A DNA stretch of 64,000 nt from an uncultured delta proteobacterium (GTDB taxonomy: Bacteria > Myxococcota_A > Polyangia > Polyangiales > Polyangiaceae): positions 3,072,001 through 3,136,000 of the forward strand of contig CAWDXG010000004.1 of assembly GCA_963806225.1 (NCBI GenBank), in the 5' to 3' direction. Made by a program: the position numbers and the translations under genes. Of this stretch, positions 10,223 through 20,319 are shown one piece after another. Every line of letters begins with the position of its first letter. Within the stretch, counting starts at the first letter, position 1. The notes beneath the pieces were generated by a model, which was not told the DNA's origin, did not search any database, and was given only the letters and a program-made list of their open reading frames with translations.

Positions 10223-11521
10223 TCACGGGTCCAAAAGGTCCCGCGCGTCCTCGTGCAGGCTCTCGGCGGCCGGGATCCAGCAGTTGTCGAGATCGTCGAG
10301 CTTTTCGATGCCGCGCCAGGGCTTGTAGCCGAGCTCGTCGAGGCAGCGCTTTCCGAAGGCGGACGTGTCGCCCGAGAACGAGATGTACAGCGTCTGGCCG
10401 AGGTCGCTCGTGACCAGCACGGGCTCGTCTACGGGTACGCCGTAGCGGTAGAGCAGCCGCGCGACGTTGCGCAGGTTGGTCGTGGTGTGGCGGGCATGCG
10501 GATCGACCAGGATGACGTCCTCTGCAATCGAGTAGGTTTTCATCAGGTACTTCTTCATCTCGATCGCTTCGGAGTACGGCGTGCGGTCGGGATGCACGTG
10601 ACCGCCGGACAGCGCAATGAGCGGCGCGAGCCCTGCCGAAAAGCGCGCCGCCGCCTGATCGGCGCGAACCTGGCCACCCGGCGAGAGCGGGTGATCGAGA
10701 TCCGTCGGGCCAAGCCCAGGCACCAGGATCACGCTGTAGGAGAACTTCGAGAAGTCGATCGAGGGGATGCGGGCGAGCGCGGCCTTGTTCTCGCCTTCCG
10801 CGAGCGGTTCGTAGCGCGTAGCCTCGTTGCGGCCTTCGGCGAGCAGGCTCTGGAGCACGACCGAGAGCAGCGGCTTGTAGAAGGGCGCGCCGGGCGGGGC
10901 GTCGAGAGCCGGCTTCAGCGCGGCGGCGCGATCGGCCGCGGGCAGCTTCGCGAAGTGTCCGTCCCAGCCCTTATCGAGCGCGTGCGCGGCGTCCTGCCAC
11001 GCGCCTCGCAGGAGCTCGGCATCGCTGCCGCCGGCGTGGAGCATCGCCGTGCCGCTCCTGCGCAGGGCGGCGGTCAGCGGCGCGAGCGCCGGCAGCTGGG
11101 CCAGCGCATCCCCCGCGCTGGCGATGTCGGCGTCGGACCACTTCGCGGCCGCGCCGAGACAAGCCGGATCGCCGCTGCAGCTCTGGTTTTCGTCGGACAA
11201 GGCCTGCGCGCGCTGGCCCGCCAGCGCCGACAGCGTCGGATCCGCGACCACGGCAGCGCGCGCGGCGGGCAGCGTGTCGAAGAGCGCCAGCACGTAGAAG
11301 GCCTTGTCCTCCTCGATCGACCCGCTCCGGGCAAGCGCATAGCCGGGATCGAAGCCGTGGACGTCCTCCTGCGGCGCCGGGGGACACTTCGCGGGGTCCA
11401 GTGCGGAAAGATCCGGCCCGTCGGAGCCGGCGTCAGCGCTCCCCGGCGCGGTGCCACCCTGGCTGGAGCAGGCCAACGGAGCGACAAGCGCAAAGGCAAG
11501 GAACACGGCCGCGCAGCGCAC
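10223..11521 (-). CDS. YdcF/DUF218 (SanA/ElyC-like) lipoprotein
   Basis: Lipobox PLAC; LVPGLG, LSGGHVHP, EAIEMKKYL, DPHARHTTTNLRN. Confidence 0.8.
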   Translation of the reverse strand: MRCAAVFLAFALVAPLACSSQGGTAPGSADAGSDGPDLSALDPAKCPPAPQEDVHGFDPGYALARSGSIEEDKAFYVLALFDTLPAARAAVVADPTLSALAGQRAQALSDENQSCSGDPACLGAAAKWSDADIASAGDALAQLPALAPLTAALRRSGTAMLHAGGSDAELLRGAWQDAAHALDKGWDGHFAKLPAADRAAALKPALDAPPGAPFYKPLLSVVLQSLLAEGRNEATRYEPLAEGENKAALARIPSIDFSKFSYSVILVPGLGPTDLDHPLSPGGQVRADQAAARFSAGLAPLIALSGGHVHPDRTPYSEAIEMKKYLMKTYSIAEDVILVDPHARHTTTNLRNVARLLYRYGVPVDEPVLVTSDLGQTLYISFSGDTSAFGKRCLDELGYKPWRGIEKLDDLDNCWIPAAESLHEDARDLLDP

Positions 11522-11632
11522 CCGGTGACGCTACCACGAGCCGCCATGCGGGTTGCCAGCTCGCGCCGGAGGGCCCCGCCGCACCGCCGCCCTTGCGAGC
11601 CCCGCGCTCCGCGGCTAAGCGACAAAGCCCCG

Positions 11633-14290
11633 ATGACGACCTTCGAACGACACCACGCTCGTTGTTCCTGTGCCGGCGCCGGAGCCGGCGCACCGTTCGC
11701 GCTCGCCGGCACCGTGCGGCAGTACGAGCGTTCGCGCCCGTTCTCGATCCGGCACCTGGCGCTCGATCTCGACCTCGACTTCAACGAGAAAGCCGTGGCG
11801 GGCAAGGCGACGCTCGACTTCGAGCGGCAGGATCCGGATCACCACGAGCTGGTTCTCGACGCGGTCGGCTTCGAGCTCGGCAAGCTGCGCCTGGACACCG
11901 GCAAGGGCTTCGTGGCCGCGCGCTACGAGTACGATGGCGACCGCATCAGCGTGCACGTCCCCGCACGGGCGAAGCGCGGGCGGCTCGAGGTGCACTACCG
12001 CGCCGTGCCGCGCCGCGGACTGTACTTCCTCTCGCCCGACAGCGAGGTCACCGATCGCCCCGAGCAGGTGTGGTCGCAGTGCCAGGACGAGGACGCGCGC
12101 CACTGGTTCCCCTGCCACGACAAGCCCCACGTCAAGATGACGACCGAACTCCGCGTGCGGGTGCCCTCGGGCTTTGCCGCGCTGTCGAACGGCGAGCTCG
12201 TGGGCAGCCAGAAGCCGAAGGGCAAGGGCCGCCGCTGGCGCTACCACTTCCGCCTCGACCAGCCGCATCCGAGCTACCTGATGACACTCGTCGCCGGGCG
12301 CTTCGACACCATCGAGGATCGCGCCGCGCGCGCGGGCGAGCGCGAGGTACCCGTCACGTACTACGTGCCGCCCGGCAGGAAGCAGGACGGACGCCGGAGC
12401 TTCGGCAGGACGCCGCACATGATCGAGCTGTTCGGCAGGCTCACCGGCGTGCCCTATCCATGGAGCCGCTACTCGCAGGTGGTGGTCAGCGATTTCATTT
12501 TCGGCGGCATGGAGAACACCACCGCCACCACCATGTACGAGTACATCCTGCTCGACCAGCGCGCCGCCCTCGACGTAGCGAGCGAGGACCTGGTCGCCCA
12601 CGAACTGGCGCACCAGTGGTTCGGTGACTACGTGACCTGCCGGGACTGGTCGCACGGCTGGCTCAACGAGGGCTTCGCGACCTTTTTCGAGCACATCGAG
12701 CGCGAGGATCGCCTGGGCCTCGACGAGTACGAGCACGGCGTCAGGGCCGACCTCGCCGCGTACCTTGCCGAGGCGAACGGCCGCTACATGCGCCCGATCG
12801 TGTGCCGCGACTACGAAAACCCCATCGATCTGTTCGACCGGCACCTGTACGAAAAGGGCGGCCTGGTGCTGCACATGCTGCGCCGCGAGCTCGGCGACAA
12901 GCTATTCTGGCAGGGGATCCACAACTATCTCGAACGCCACGCCCGCGGCATCGTCGAGACGAACGATCTACAGCGCGCACTCGAGGAAACGAGCGGCCGC
13001 TCGCTGGAGCGCCTGTTCGACCAGTGGGTGTACCGGCCCGGCCACCCCATCCTCAAAGTGAAGGTGTCCTACGACGACAGGCTGCTCAACGTGAACGTGA
13101 AACAGGCGCAGAAGACCGGCGCCACGGCCGTGTTCGCCTACCCGCTCGAGATCGAGGTGGCCGACAAGTCGGGCCGCGTGAAGCGTTACCGGAAGGACGT
13201 GACACAGGCGAACGACGCGCTGGTCGTCGGCCTGCCCGAGCGCCCGGCGTGGGTCGCGTTCGATCCCGCGCTGCGCGTGTGCGGCGACGTGACCGTGGAC
13301 GCGCCGGCCGACATGCTGCGCCGCCAGCTGGAGCAGGGCCCGAGCGCGCGCGTTCGTACGCAGGCCGCCGAGGCGCTCGGGCGCCGCGACGATTCGCCCA
13401 GCATCCATGCACTCGGCAAGGCGCTCGACAGCGAGAAGGAAGCCTGGGTGGTGCGCGCCGCGGCCGCGCGCGCGCTCGGCCGCGTCCGCGGACAGCAGAG
13501 CTTCGCGCTGCTCGAGAAGCATATCCAAACCGAGCATCCCAAGGTGCGCCGCGCCGTGGTGGCGGCGCTCGGCGCCTTCCGCACGCCGGAAGCCGCAAAG
13601 CTGCTCACGCCGGTGGCGAAGAAGGACGACAGCTACCTGGTCGAGTCGGAGGCAGCGCGCGCGCTCGGCCGCACACGCCAGCCCTCGGCGCTCAAGCCCC
13701 TGCTCGGACTCGTCGACCGGACATCGTGGGCCGACGTCGCCCGCGCCGGGGCGCTCGACGGCCTGGCCGCGCTCAGGGACGAATCGGCGATCGAGCCGGT
13801 GATGGCTCGCACGCGTTACGGCATTCCCACGCGCGGCCGGCGTGCGGCGATCGCCGCGCTGGCACAGCTCTCCGACAGCCGCACTTCACGCGAGCACCTG
13901 GAGCTGATGCTCGAAGATCCGGATCCACACCTGCGCATCGATGTGGTGCGCGCGCTCCAGACGCTCGGCAGCCCGAAATCGCGCGGCCCGCTCGGACGGC
14001 AGCTGGAGCGGGAGCTCGACGGCCGCGTGGCGAGGCGCATCCGCGAGGCGCTGCGTGACATGGGTGATGCGCCGGCCAAGGAACGCAAGCGCCTGAGCGA
14101 CGAGCTCGAGAACGTCAAGAACGAGCTCGGCGAGCTGAAGGTGCGGCTGGCGAAGCTGGAGGGCCCGAAGCGGAGGAGCGCTTCGACCGCTTCGGCCCCC
14201 ACGAAGAAGAGCAGCACGAAGAAGAAGAGCAGCGCGAAAAGGGCCACGCCCAAGCGCACGCAGAGAAGGAACAAGCTCGATGAGCGATGA
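11633..14290 (+). CDS. M1-family aminopeptidase with C-terminal HEAT repeats, coiled coil and Lys-rich tail
   Basis: GGMEN, HELAHQWFG..WLNEGFA, LYEKGG; repeated VRxxAAxALG; start placed at ATG 11633. Confidence 0.93.
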   Translation: MTTFERHHARCSCAGAGAGAPFALAGTVRQYERSRPFSIRHLALDLDLDFNEKAVAGKATLDFERQDPDHHELVLDAVGFELGKLRLDTGKGFVAARYEYDGDRISVHVPARAKRGRLEVHYRAVPRRGLYFLSPDSEVTDRPEQVWSQCQDEDARHWFPCHDKPHVKMTTELRVRVPSGFAALSNGELVGSQKPKGKGRRWRYHFRLDQPHPSYLMTLVAGRFDTIEDRAARAGEREVPVTYYVPPGRKQDGRRSFGRTPHMIELFGRLTGVPYPWSRYSQVVVSDFIFGGMENTTATTMYEYILLDQRAALDVASEDLVAHELAHQWFGDYVTCRDWSHGWLNEGFATFFEHIEREDRLGLDEYEHGVRADLAAYLAEANGRYMRPIVCRDYENPIDLFDRHLYEKGGLVLHMLRRELGDKLFWQGIHNYLERHARGIVETNDLQRALEETSGRSLERLFDQWVYRPGHPILKVKVSYDDRLLNVNVKQAQKTGATAVFAYPLEIEVADKSGRVKRYRKDVTQANDALVVGLPERPAWVAFDPALRVCGDVTVDAPADMLRRQLEQGPSARVRTQAAEALGRRDDSPSIHALGKALDSEKEAWVVRAAAARALGRVRGQQSFALLEKHIQTEHPKVRRAVVAALGAFRTPEAAKLLTPVAKKDDSYLVESEAARALGRTRQPSALKPLLGLVDRTSWADVARAGALDGLAALRDESAIEPVMARTRYGIPTRGRRAAIAALAQLSDSRTSREHLELMLEDPDPHLRIDVVRALQTLGSPKSRGPLGRQLERELDGRVARRIREALRDMGDAPAKERKRLSDELENVKNELGELKVRLAKLEGPKRRSASTASAPTKKSSTKKKSSAKRATPKRTQRRNKLDER

Positions 14291-15065
14291 ACCCGTCAAG
14301 CTGGAGCGCAAAGGCGGCGTCGCCGTCGTCACCCTCGACCGCCCCGAGCGGATGAACTCGCTGTCGCGGGCCACGCTCGAGGCGCTCGGACGCATCGGAC
14401 GCGAGCTCGACGGCGACGCGGAGCTCCGCGCCATCGTGCTCACGGGCGCGGGCGAAAAGGCGTTCTGCGCCGGCGCCGACCTGAAGGAGCGCAAGGGCAT
14501 GGATCAAGAAGCCGTGCGCGACCAGGTCAAGATGTACCGCACGCACCTCGGCTGGCTCGACACCTCGCGCGTGCCGGTCATCGCCGCCATCAACGGCGTC
14601 GCGCTGGGCGGCGGACTGGAGCTCGCGCTGCTCTGCGATCTGCGCGTCGCCGCGGCGCACGCGAAGCTCGGACTGCCAGAGACGGGCCTCGGCATCATCC
14701 CCGGCGCCGGCGGCACGCAGCGCCTGCCGCGCGTGGTCGGCGAAGCGCGCGCCAAGGAGCTGATCCTGCTCGCGCGCCGTCTCGACGCGAACGAAGCGCT
14801 CGCCATCGGACTGGTGAACCGCGTCACCCCGGCCGGCACGAACGTGCTCGACGACACGCTGGAGTGGATCCGCCCGATCAGCGAGGGCGCACCCATCGCA
14901 CAGTCGGCAGCGCTCCGCGCCATCGACGCCTCCTTCGAGCTGCCGCTCGATCACGGCGTCGAGATCGAGCGCATCCTCTACGACGAGTGCCTGAAGAGCG
15001 AGGACCGGGTCGAGGCCCTGAACGCCTTCGCCGAGAAGCGGAAACCGGCCTTCAAGGGGCGGTAG
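14280..15065 (+). CDS. Enoyl-CoA hydratase/isomerase family protein
   Basis: AFCAGADLKE, ALGGGLELAL, PETGLGIIPGAGGTQRL. Confidence 0.93.
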   Translation: MSDEPVKLERKGGVAVVTLDRPERMNSLSRATLEALGRIGRELDGDAELRAIVLTGAGEKAFCAGADLKERKGMDQEAVRDQVKMYRTHLGWLDTSRVPVIAAINGVALGGGLELALLCDLRVAAAHAKLGLPETGLGIIPGAGGTQRLPRVVGEARAKELILLARRLDANEALAIGLVNRVTPAGTNVLDDTLEWIRPISEGAPIAQSAALRAIDASFELPLDHGVEIERILYDECLKSEDRVEALNAFAEKRKPAFKGR

Positions 15066-15604
15066 TGCGGCAGCATGCCGCGGCCGCGCCGGACACCACC
15101 TGCGAGCTCTGCGGTCGCGCCGCCGAGACGCGCCAGGTCGGCTTCACGCGGAACATCGGCGCGATCGTCTTGAACTTCAGCAGAACGGCGCACGGCAACA
15201 TGTGCCGTTTCTGCGTCGAACGCTATTTCTGGCGCTACACGCTCGTCAGCCTGCTCTTCGGCTGGTGGGGCGTGACGTCGTTCTTCGTGACCCTCGTCTG
15301 GGTCCCCATCAACATCGTCTGCTACCTGCGCTGCCTGGGGCTCGACGCGCCGCAGGACGATGCCGGTAGCCTGGCCGACCGACGGCGGCGCGGTCTGGGC
15401 GCGATGGGCTGCGCGGGTTTCCTCGGGATGGCGGCGATCGGCGTCGCCGCCGGAGCCTGGCGGCTCGGGGCACCGGCCGCGAACGAAAACACCACGGGCG
15501 CCGTGATCCTGCTCGCACTGTCGGCGCTCTTCGGCCTGCCGACTCTGCTCGTGTTCGGAGCCGGCGTCTTCCTGTACGCGCGGGGCCGCCGCACCAGGGC
15601 CTGA
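15065..15604 (+). CDS. Hypothetical membrane protein with two CxxC motifs
   Basis: GTG overlaps the upstream stop; CELC..CRFC, LLFGWWG, 3-4 TM segments. Confidence 0.6.
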   Translation: MRQHAAAAPDTTCELCGRAAETRQVGFTRNIGAIVLNFSRTAHGNMCRFCVERYFWRYTLVSLLFGWWGVTSFFVTLVWVPINIVCYLRCLGLDAPQDDAGSLADRRRRGLGAMGCAGFLGMAAIGVAAGAWRLGAPAANENTTGAVILLALSALFGLPTLLVFGAGVFLYARGRRTRA

Positions 15605-15746
15605 AGCGCGCGACCTACCGGCGCGTCGAGGGCTGTGCCGGCACGCGCGACGCAGAATCCCCGGCGTGTCGTTCAGGCGGTATCTCTCGTCCCAGTCGGT
15701 GCGGTTCGGCTTCGGTCAACGCTATCGGACCGGCCCCCGGAGCACG

Positions 15747-17594
15747 TCAACCGGCGCGACGGCGTCGCACCACGAACAGCCCGAGCAGGCCGAGCGCCAA
15801 CCAGAGGGGCTGGTCGCCCGATCGCGAGCCCGCCGCCCGGCATGCGCAGCCGCCCGGATCACGGGAGAAGGCGTTGCCGCCACCGTCCGGCCCAGCGTCC
15901 GCGATGTTGCCGGCGCTGCCGCCAGAGCTGCTGCCCGCGCTGCCAGCCGTTCCACCGCTGCCACCCGTCGCGCCGCCACTGCCCGCGCTACCGGCCGTTC
16001 CACCGCTGCCGCCCGTCGCGCCGCCGCTGCCCGCGCTGCCGCCGCTGCCCGCGCTGCCCCCCGTGCCGGCAGTCCCACCGCTGCCACCGGCGTCTGTACC
16101 GCCATCCGTGCTGGTCACGCAGTTGCCCGATTGGCAGGTGCCGTTCGGACAAGGCTGCCCCTCGTGAGACGACGCGTCGTGCGCGCAGCCCGTGGCGGGA
16201 GCGCAGCTGTCTGTCGTGCACGGGTTCTTGTCGTCGCAGCTGATGGTGTTGCCCTTGCAACTGCCGCTCTGGCAGCTGTCGCTCGCGGTGCAATTGTCGC
16301 CGTCATCGCAGCTCTTGCCGTTGGCGAGCGTATGCTGGCAGCCGTTCTTCGCATCACACGAGTCATTGGTGCAGGGATTGTTGTCGTTGCAGTCGATCTG
16401 CGTCCCGCCGGTGCAGCTTCCCTGGGAGCACTTGTCCTGCTGCGTGCATGCGTCCCCGTCGTCGCACGCTGTCCCGTCCAGCTTGTTGTTCTGGCACGTA
16501 CCTGCCGAGCAGGTGTCGGCCGTGCAGGGGTTGCTATCGTCGCAGTTCAGACCACTGCCCTTGCACACGCCGCCCGAGCACTGATCACCCGACGTACAGC
16601 TGTTGCCGTCGTCGCACTTCGCGCCGTTCGGGAGGTTCGTGTGCCCACAGCTCCCGGTGGTCGGGTCGCAGGTATCCTGCGTGCATGGATTCGCGTCGTT
16701 GCACGTAACGGCAGTGCCGGTGCACCCGCTCTTGCCGTCGCAGTGATCACTCGAGGTACACGGGTTGCCGTCGTTGCAGGCCGTGCTCGTCGAAGTGGGC
16801 GTGTGGGTGCATTGCCCGTTGGCGTCACAGGCATCGTTCGTGCACGGGTTGCCGTCGTCGCAGTTCTGGCACGCGTTGCCGTTGCTACCGCACAGCGACA
16901 CCGACCCTCCGGCGGCGCAGGTGCCGCCGGACATGCAACCCTTGCAACAGGAGCCGCCGAAGCACTTGCCCGAACCGCTGGCACAGCTGGTCCCGTCGGA
17001 CACCGGCGGATAGCTGCAAGCGTGGTTGGCACAGGCGTTCAGCGTGCACTCGTTGTTGTCGTCGCAACTCTTGCAGACGCCACCTGCGCCTCCGCAGGAG
17101 CTCGGCGACGTTCCGCTCAGGCAGGAACTGCCCGAGATGCAGCCCTGGCAGCAGCTACCACCTAGGCACACGCCGCCGCTGCACGTCGCGGTGGCTGGGC
17201 TGTGGGAGCAGCCCCCACTCGACGTGCACGTGTCGGTCGTACAGACGTTGCCGTCGTTGCAGCTCTTGCAGCTTCCGCCGCCCTGCCCACACTGGTAGGA
17301 TACGGTTCCCGACACGCACTTGCTGCCGGTCCAGCAGCCGGTGCAGCAGCCGGTCCCCTCGCATATGCCCGGCTTGCCGCTCGCGGTGCAGGTGCCGCCG
17401 GGCACGTAGGTGCACTTGCCTCCGATGCAGTCGAAGCAGGTCCCGCAGGTCGTACAGGCCGCCTGCTGGACGCTGCCGGTCGGCTCGTCGTGGGAGCCGT
17501 CGCCCGCCGAGCAGCCGACAATGACAAGCAACGACGCCAGCGCGATGACGCCACTGGTCGCGAGCGTAATTATGCGATGCTGGGCTCTGGACAT
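15747..17594 (-). CDS. Cys-rich repeat surface protein with a MYXO-CTERM tail
   Basis: Many C(N/D)DxNxCTxDxC repeats, Gly/Ser/Thr linker, C-terminal GGCACRAAG..LWLALGLLGLFVVRRRRAG; N-terminal lipobox-like IVGC. Confidence 0.85.
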   Translation of the reverse strand: MSRAQHRIITLATSGVIALASLLVIVGCSAGDGSHDEPTGSVQQAACTTCGTCFDCIGGKCTYVPGGTCTASGKPGICEGTGCCTGCWTGSKCVSGTVSYQCGQGGGSCKSCNDGNVCTTDTCTSSGGCSHSPATATCSGGVCLGGSCCQGCISGSSCLSGTSPSSCGGAGGVCKSCDDNNECTLNACANHACSYPPVSDGTSCASGSGKCFGGSCCKGCMSGGTCAAGGSVSLCGSNGNACQNCDDGNPCTNDACDANGQCTHTPTSTSTACNDGNPCTSSDHCDGKSGCTGTAVTCNDANPCTQDTCDPTTGSCGHTNLPNGAKCDDGNSCTSGDQCSGGVCKGSGLNCDDSNPCTADTCSAGTCQNNKLDGTACDDGDACTQQDKCSQGSCTGGTQIDCNDNNPCTNDSCDAKNGCQHTLANGKSCDDGDNCTASDSCQSGSCKGNTISCDDKNPCTTDSCAPATGCAHDASSHEGQPCPNGTCQSGNCVTSTDGGTDAGGSGGTAGTGGSAGSGGSAGSGGATGGSGGTAGSAGSGGATGGSGGTAGSAGSSSGGSAGNIADAGPDGGGNAFSRDPGGCACRAAGSRSGDQPLWLALGLLGLFVVRRRRAG

Positions 17595-17638
17595 TTCTTC
17601 TGCTCCCCGATTCCTTCCGGCTCTGCACTCGCCGTCGG

Positions 17639-18703
17639 CTAGAACGTCCCCGTGACACCCGCCGACCTCAGGCCGACCCATGGATGGATTGTCGCGCCGT
17701 CGACATGCTCGGCGCCGTGTTTTTGCGAAAGCAGGAAGAGCGTCACCCCGGCTGCCACCCCGACGCCCCCGACGGCGTAACCCACGATAGCCAGCGTCTT
17801 CGCGCTTCGTGCCTGATCGTCGAGCGAGGCGACCTCGGCGGACTTGGGATTTTTGTCGACGCACGGGGAACCGCACGCCTTGTAGGCGGCGTCCGCGTCC
17901 TTGCGCTTGCTGCTCGAGCGCAGCACGAAGAACGTACCGAGGCCGGCTCCCACAACACCCACGCCCAGTGCTGCGTAGGCCCCAATCCTGAGACCGCTCG
18001 CGCCTCCGCCTCGGTCGGCGGCGCCACGATCACTTTTCGCAGGAGGCGGCGGACTGCTCTGACCAGGCTCCGGAGTGTCGTCGGCTTGCGGTGGCTCGAT
18101 CGCGCCTGCGCCACGATTGGCCTCGAGCGTCAGGGAGATCGATTGATCGGCCGCCGCGGCGAGCGTCACGTCCTTCGTGGCGGGTTTGAACCCGGTGGCG
18201 ACGGCCTTGACCTGGTGCTTGCCGGGGTCGACCGGCATCTCGATGCCGACGAGCGCAGGAGGCACGGGGTTGCCATCCATCGTCACGATCACCGTCGTGT
18301 TGCCCGCGCCGCCCACCTGGATGGTCAGGTGTGCGATCTTCGCCTCAACGTCCTTCACTTCCTTCGCTGCGGACTCTTGTGCCTTGCGAAAAGCGGCGGG
18401 CGCGTTCGGCGCGAGCGCTTCATGGATGATCTGCAGGTACAGCTCGCGCGCCTTGACGTAGTGACCCAGCTTGGCGTGCGCCCTCGCGATGAACAGGACC
18501 TGCGTCGGCGCGCGGACCAGCCTCTGTGCGCGCGAGAACAGGTCGATGGCCTTCTGCCATTGTCCCTTCTGGAAGGCGTGGAAGCCCTGGGTCGCGGCCG
18601 CGCGCGCTCCCGCTCGCTGGGTGTCTGTTTGCGCGAGCGCGCTCCTCGCGTGCAGTGCCAGCACGAGCGCCGGCACGGCGAGTATTCCTCGTCGGAGCCA
18701 CAT
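17639..18703 (-). CDS. TPR plus PEGA-domain protein
   Basis: Signal peptide ALA|Q; TPR-like helices; PEGA-like VTMDG..VDPGKHQVKAVATGF; C-terminal hydrophobic hairpin ending GVTGTF. Confidence 0.8.
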   Translation of the reverse strand: MWLRRGILAVPALVLALHARSALAQTDTQRAGARAAATQGFHAFQKGQWQKAIDLFSRAQRLVRAPTQVLFIARAHAKLGHYVKARELYLQIIHEALAPNAPAAFRKAQESAAKEVKDVEAKIAHLTIQVGGAGNTTVIVTMDGNPVPPALVGIEMPVDPGKHQVKAVATGFKPATKDVTLAAAADQSISLTLEANRGAGAIEPPQADDTPEPGQSSPPPPAKSDRGAADRGGGASGLRIGAYAALGVGVVGAGLGTFFVLRSSSKRKDADAAYKACGSPCVDKNPKSAEVASLDDQARSAKTLAIVGYAVGGVGVAAGVTLFLLSQKHGAEHVDGATIHPWVGLRSAGVTGTF

Positions 18704-18878
18704 CCGACCCGATGGTAGCATGCGACAGGGGCACTGGGTGCCATCACATGGGGACCGGTTCACGTCTGGAATCGCCCGGCTATTTGCCCGGGATCGATCA
18801 GATACTGACAGGAATCATCCGCCGCCACTCGCGTTGCATGGCCCCGCATCCGATCGCCAGCTATCCTCTTGATCCCCT

Positions 18879-20312
18879 ATGTCGCTCAAGCCCGGCGAAC
18901 TTGTAGAAGGTAAGTACCGCATCGTCCGCCTGATCGGAGAAGGCGGGATGGGAGCAGTCTACGAGGGTGAGAACGTGCGGATCAACCGCCGCGTCGCCAT
19001 CAAGGTGCTGCACGCTGCATTCGCCGGCAACGCCGACGTGGTCAAGCGCTTCGAGCGCGAGGCGCAGGCAGCCGGACGCATCGGCAACGATCACATCCTG
19101 GAAGTGCTCGACCTCGGGGATCTCCCGAACGGCGATTTCTTCATGGTGATGGAGTTTCTCGAGGGCGAAGAGCTCGGCAAGCGCATCAAGGCGCGGGGCA
19201 GGATGACGCCGCGCGAGCTCGCTCCAATCGCGCGCCAGGCGCTCACCGGCCTGGCCGCAGCCCACGCAGCGGGCATCATCCACCGCGATCTGAAACCGGA
19301 CAATATCTTCCTCTTGAGGGAGAAAGCCGGCACGACCGACTTCGTCAAGATCATCGACTTCGGCATCTCGAAGTTCCAGCCGCTGAACAACGAGATGAAG
19401 ATGACGCAAACGGGCGCGGTGATGGGCACGCCGTACTACATGTCGCCCGAACAGGCGCATGGCAGCGCCGAAGTCGACGCGCGGAGCGATCTGTATGCAT
19501 TCGGAGTCATCCTGTACGAATCGGTAACCGGCTCGGTGCCATTCGACGCCTCGACCTTCAATCAGCTGCTGTTCAAGATCGTGTTGTCGGAACCTGCTCC
19601 CGTTCTGCAGCTCGCGCCGGAGCTCGACCCGGCCTTCGCCACTCTGATCGAGAAGGCCATGGCGCGCGACACAGGACAACGCTTCCAGAGCGCCCGGGAG
19701 TTCGCCGCGGCGGTGGCAGCCTGGGAACAACACGGAACGGGCGTGGCGGTTCCGCCGCGAGCCCCCGCCGCGTCCCTGCCGGAGATCACCGGCGCAGGCG
19801 GCGCGGGTCTTGCCGCATCCCAGTCCGCTCCGGGCACTCCGGTTTTTGCCGCGGGCGTGCAAACGTCGGGCAACTGGGCGGCGTCGCAAGCGTCGGTGCC
19901 CATACGGCGGAGCAAGGCGCCGCTGTTCGTGGCGCTCGGACTAGGCGCAGCGGTTGTCATCGGAGGCGGCGCGTTCGCCGCTAGCCGCCTCGGAGGGCCC
20001 GCGACCGAACGGGCTTCGGGCGCACCGGCGCTGCCCGCCGCTGTCCCCGCCGCGGTGAGCGTCAGGCCCGAGGCGTCCGCTTCGGCCAGTCCACTCGAGT
20101 CGGCGGCGCCGGCAGCGAGCGCGTCCGCGGCTGCGCCGGCTAGCGCGACACCCGCGCCGCCGGCAGCGGCTCCCGTGACGCCGAAGCGCCCCGCACAGCA
20201 CCCGCGCCCCGCGCTGCATCGGACCGCAACGAAAGCCCAGCCCAAGCCGGCCCGGCCGTCGGAGCCGCCTGCTCCGAAAGCTACCGGAACCACGCCCGAC
20301 TTCGGCTACTGA
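18879..20312 (+). CDS. Membrane-bound Hanks-type Ser/Thr protein kinase
   Basis: GEGGMG, VAIK, HRDLKPDN, DFG, GTPYYMSPEQ; TM; Pro/Ala-rich tail ending DFGY. Confidence 0.95.
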   Translation: MSLKPGELVEGKYRIVRLIGEGGMGAVYEGENVRINRRVAIKVLHAAFAGNADVVKRFEREAQAAGRIGNDHILEVLDLGDLPNGDFFMVMEFLEGEELGKRIKARGRMTPRELAPIARQALTGLAAAHAAGIIHRDLKPDNIFLLREKAGTTDFVKIIDFGISKFQPLNNEMKMTQTGAVMGTPYYMSPEQAHGSAEVDARSDLYAFGVILYESVTGSVPFDASTFNQLLFKIVLSEPAPVLQLAPELDPAFATLIEKAMARDTGQRFQSAREFAAAVAAWEQHGTGVAVPPRAPAASLPEITGAGGAGLAASQSAPGTPVFAAGVQTSGNWAASQASVPIRRSKAPLFVALGLGAAVVIGGGAFAASRLGGPATERASGAPALPAAVPAAVSVRPEASASASPLESAAPAASASAAAPASATPAPPAAAPVTPKRPAQHPRPALHRTATKAQPKPARPSEPPAPKATGTTPDFGY

Positions 20313-20319
20313 GCCGCCA

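Noticed and set aside
10253..11632. 460-aa N-terminal extension of the aminopeptidase ORF
   Set aside because: It is the antisense shadow of the YdcF gene; the real start is near 11633.
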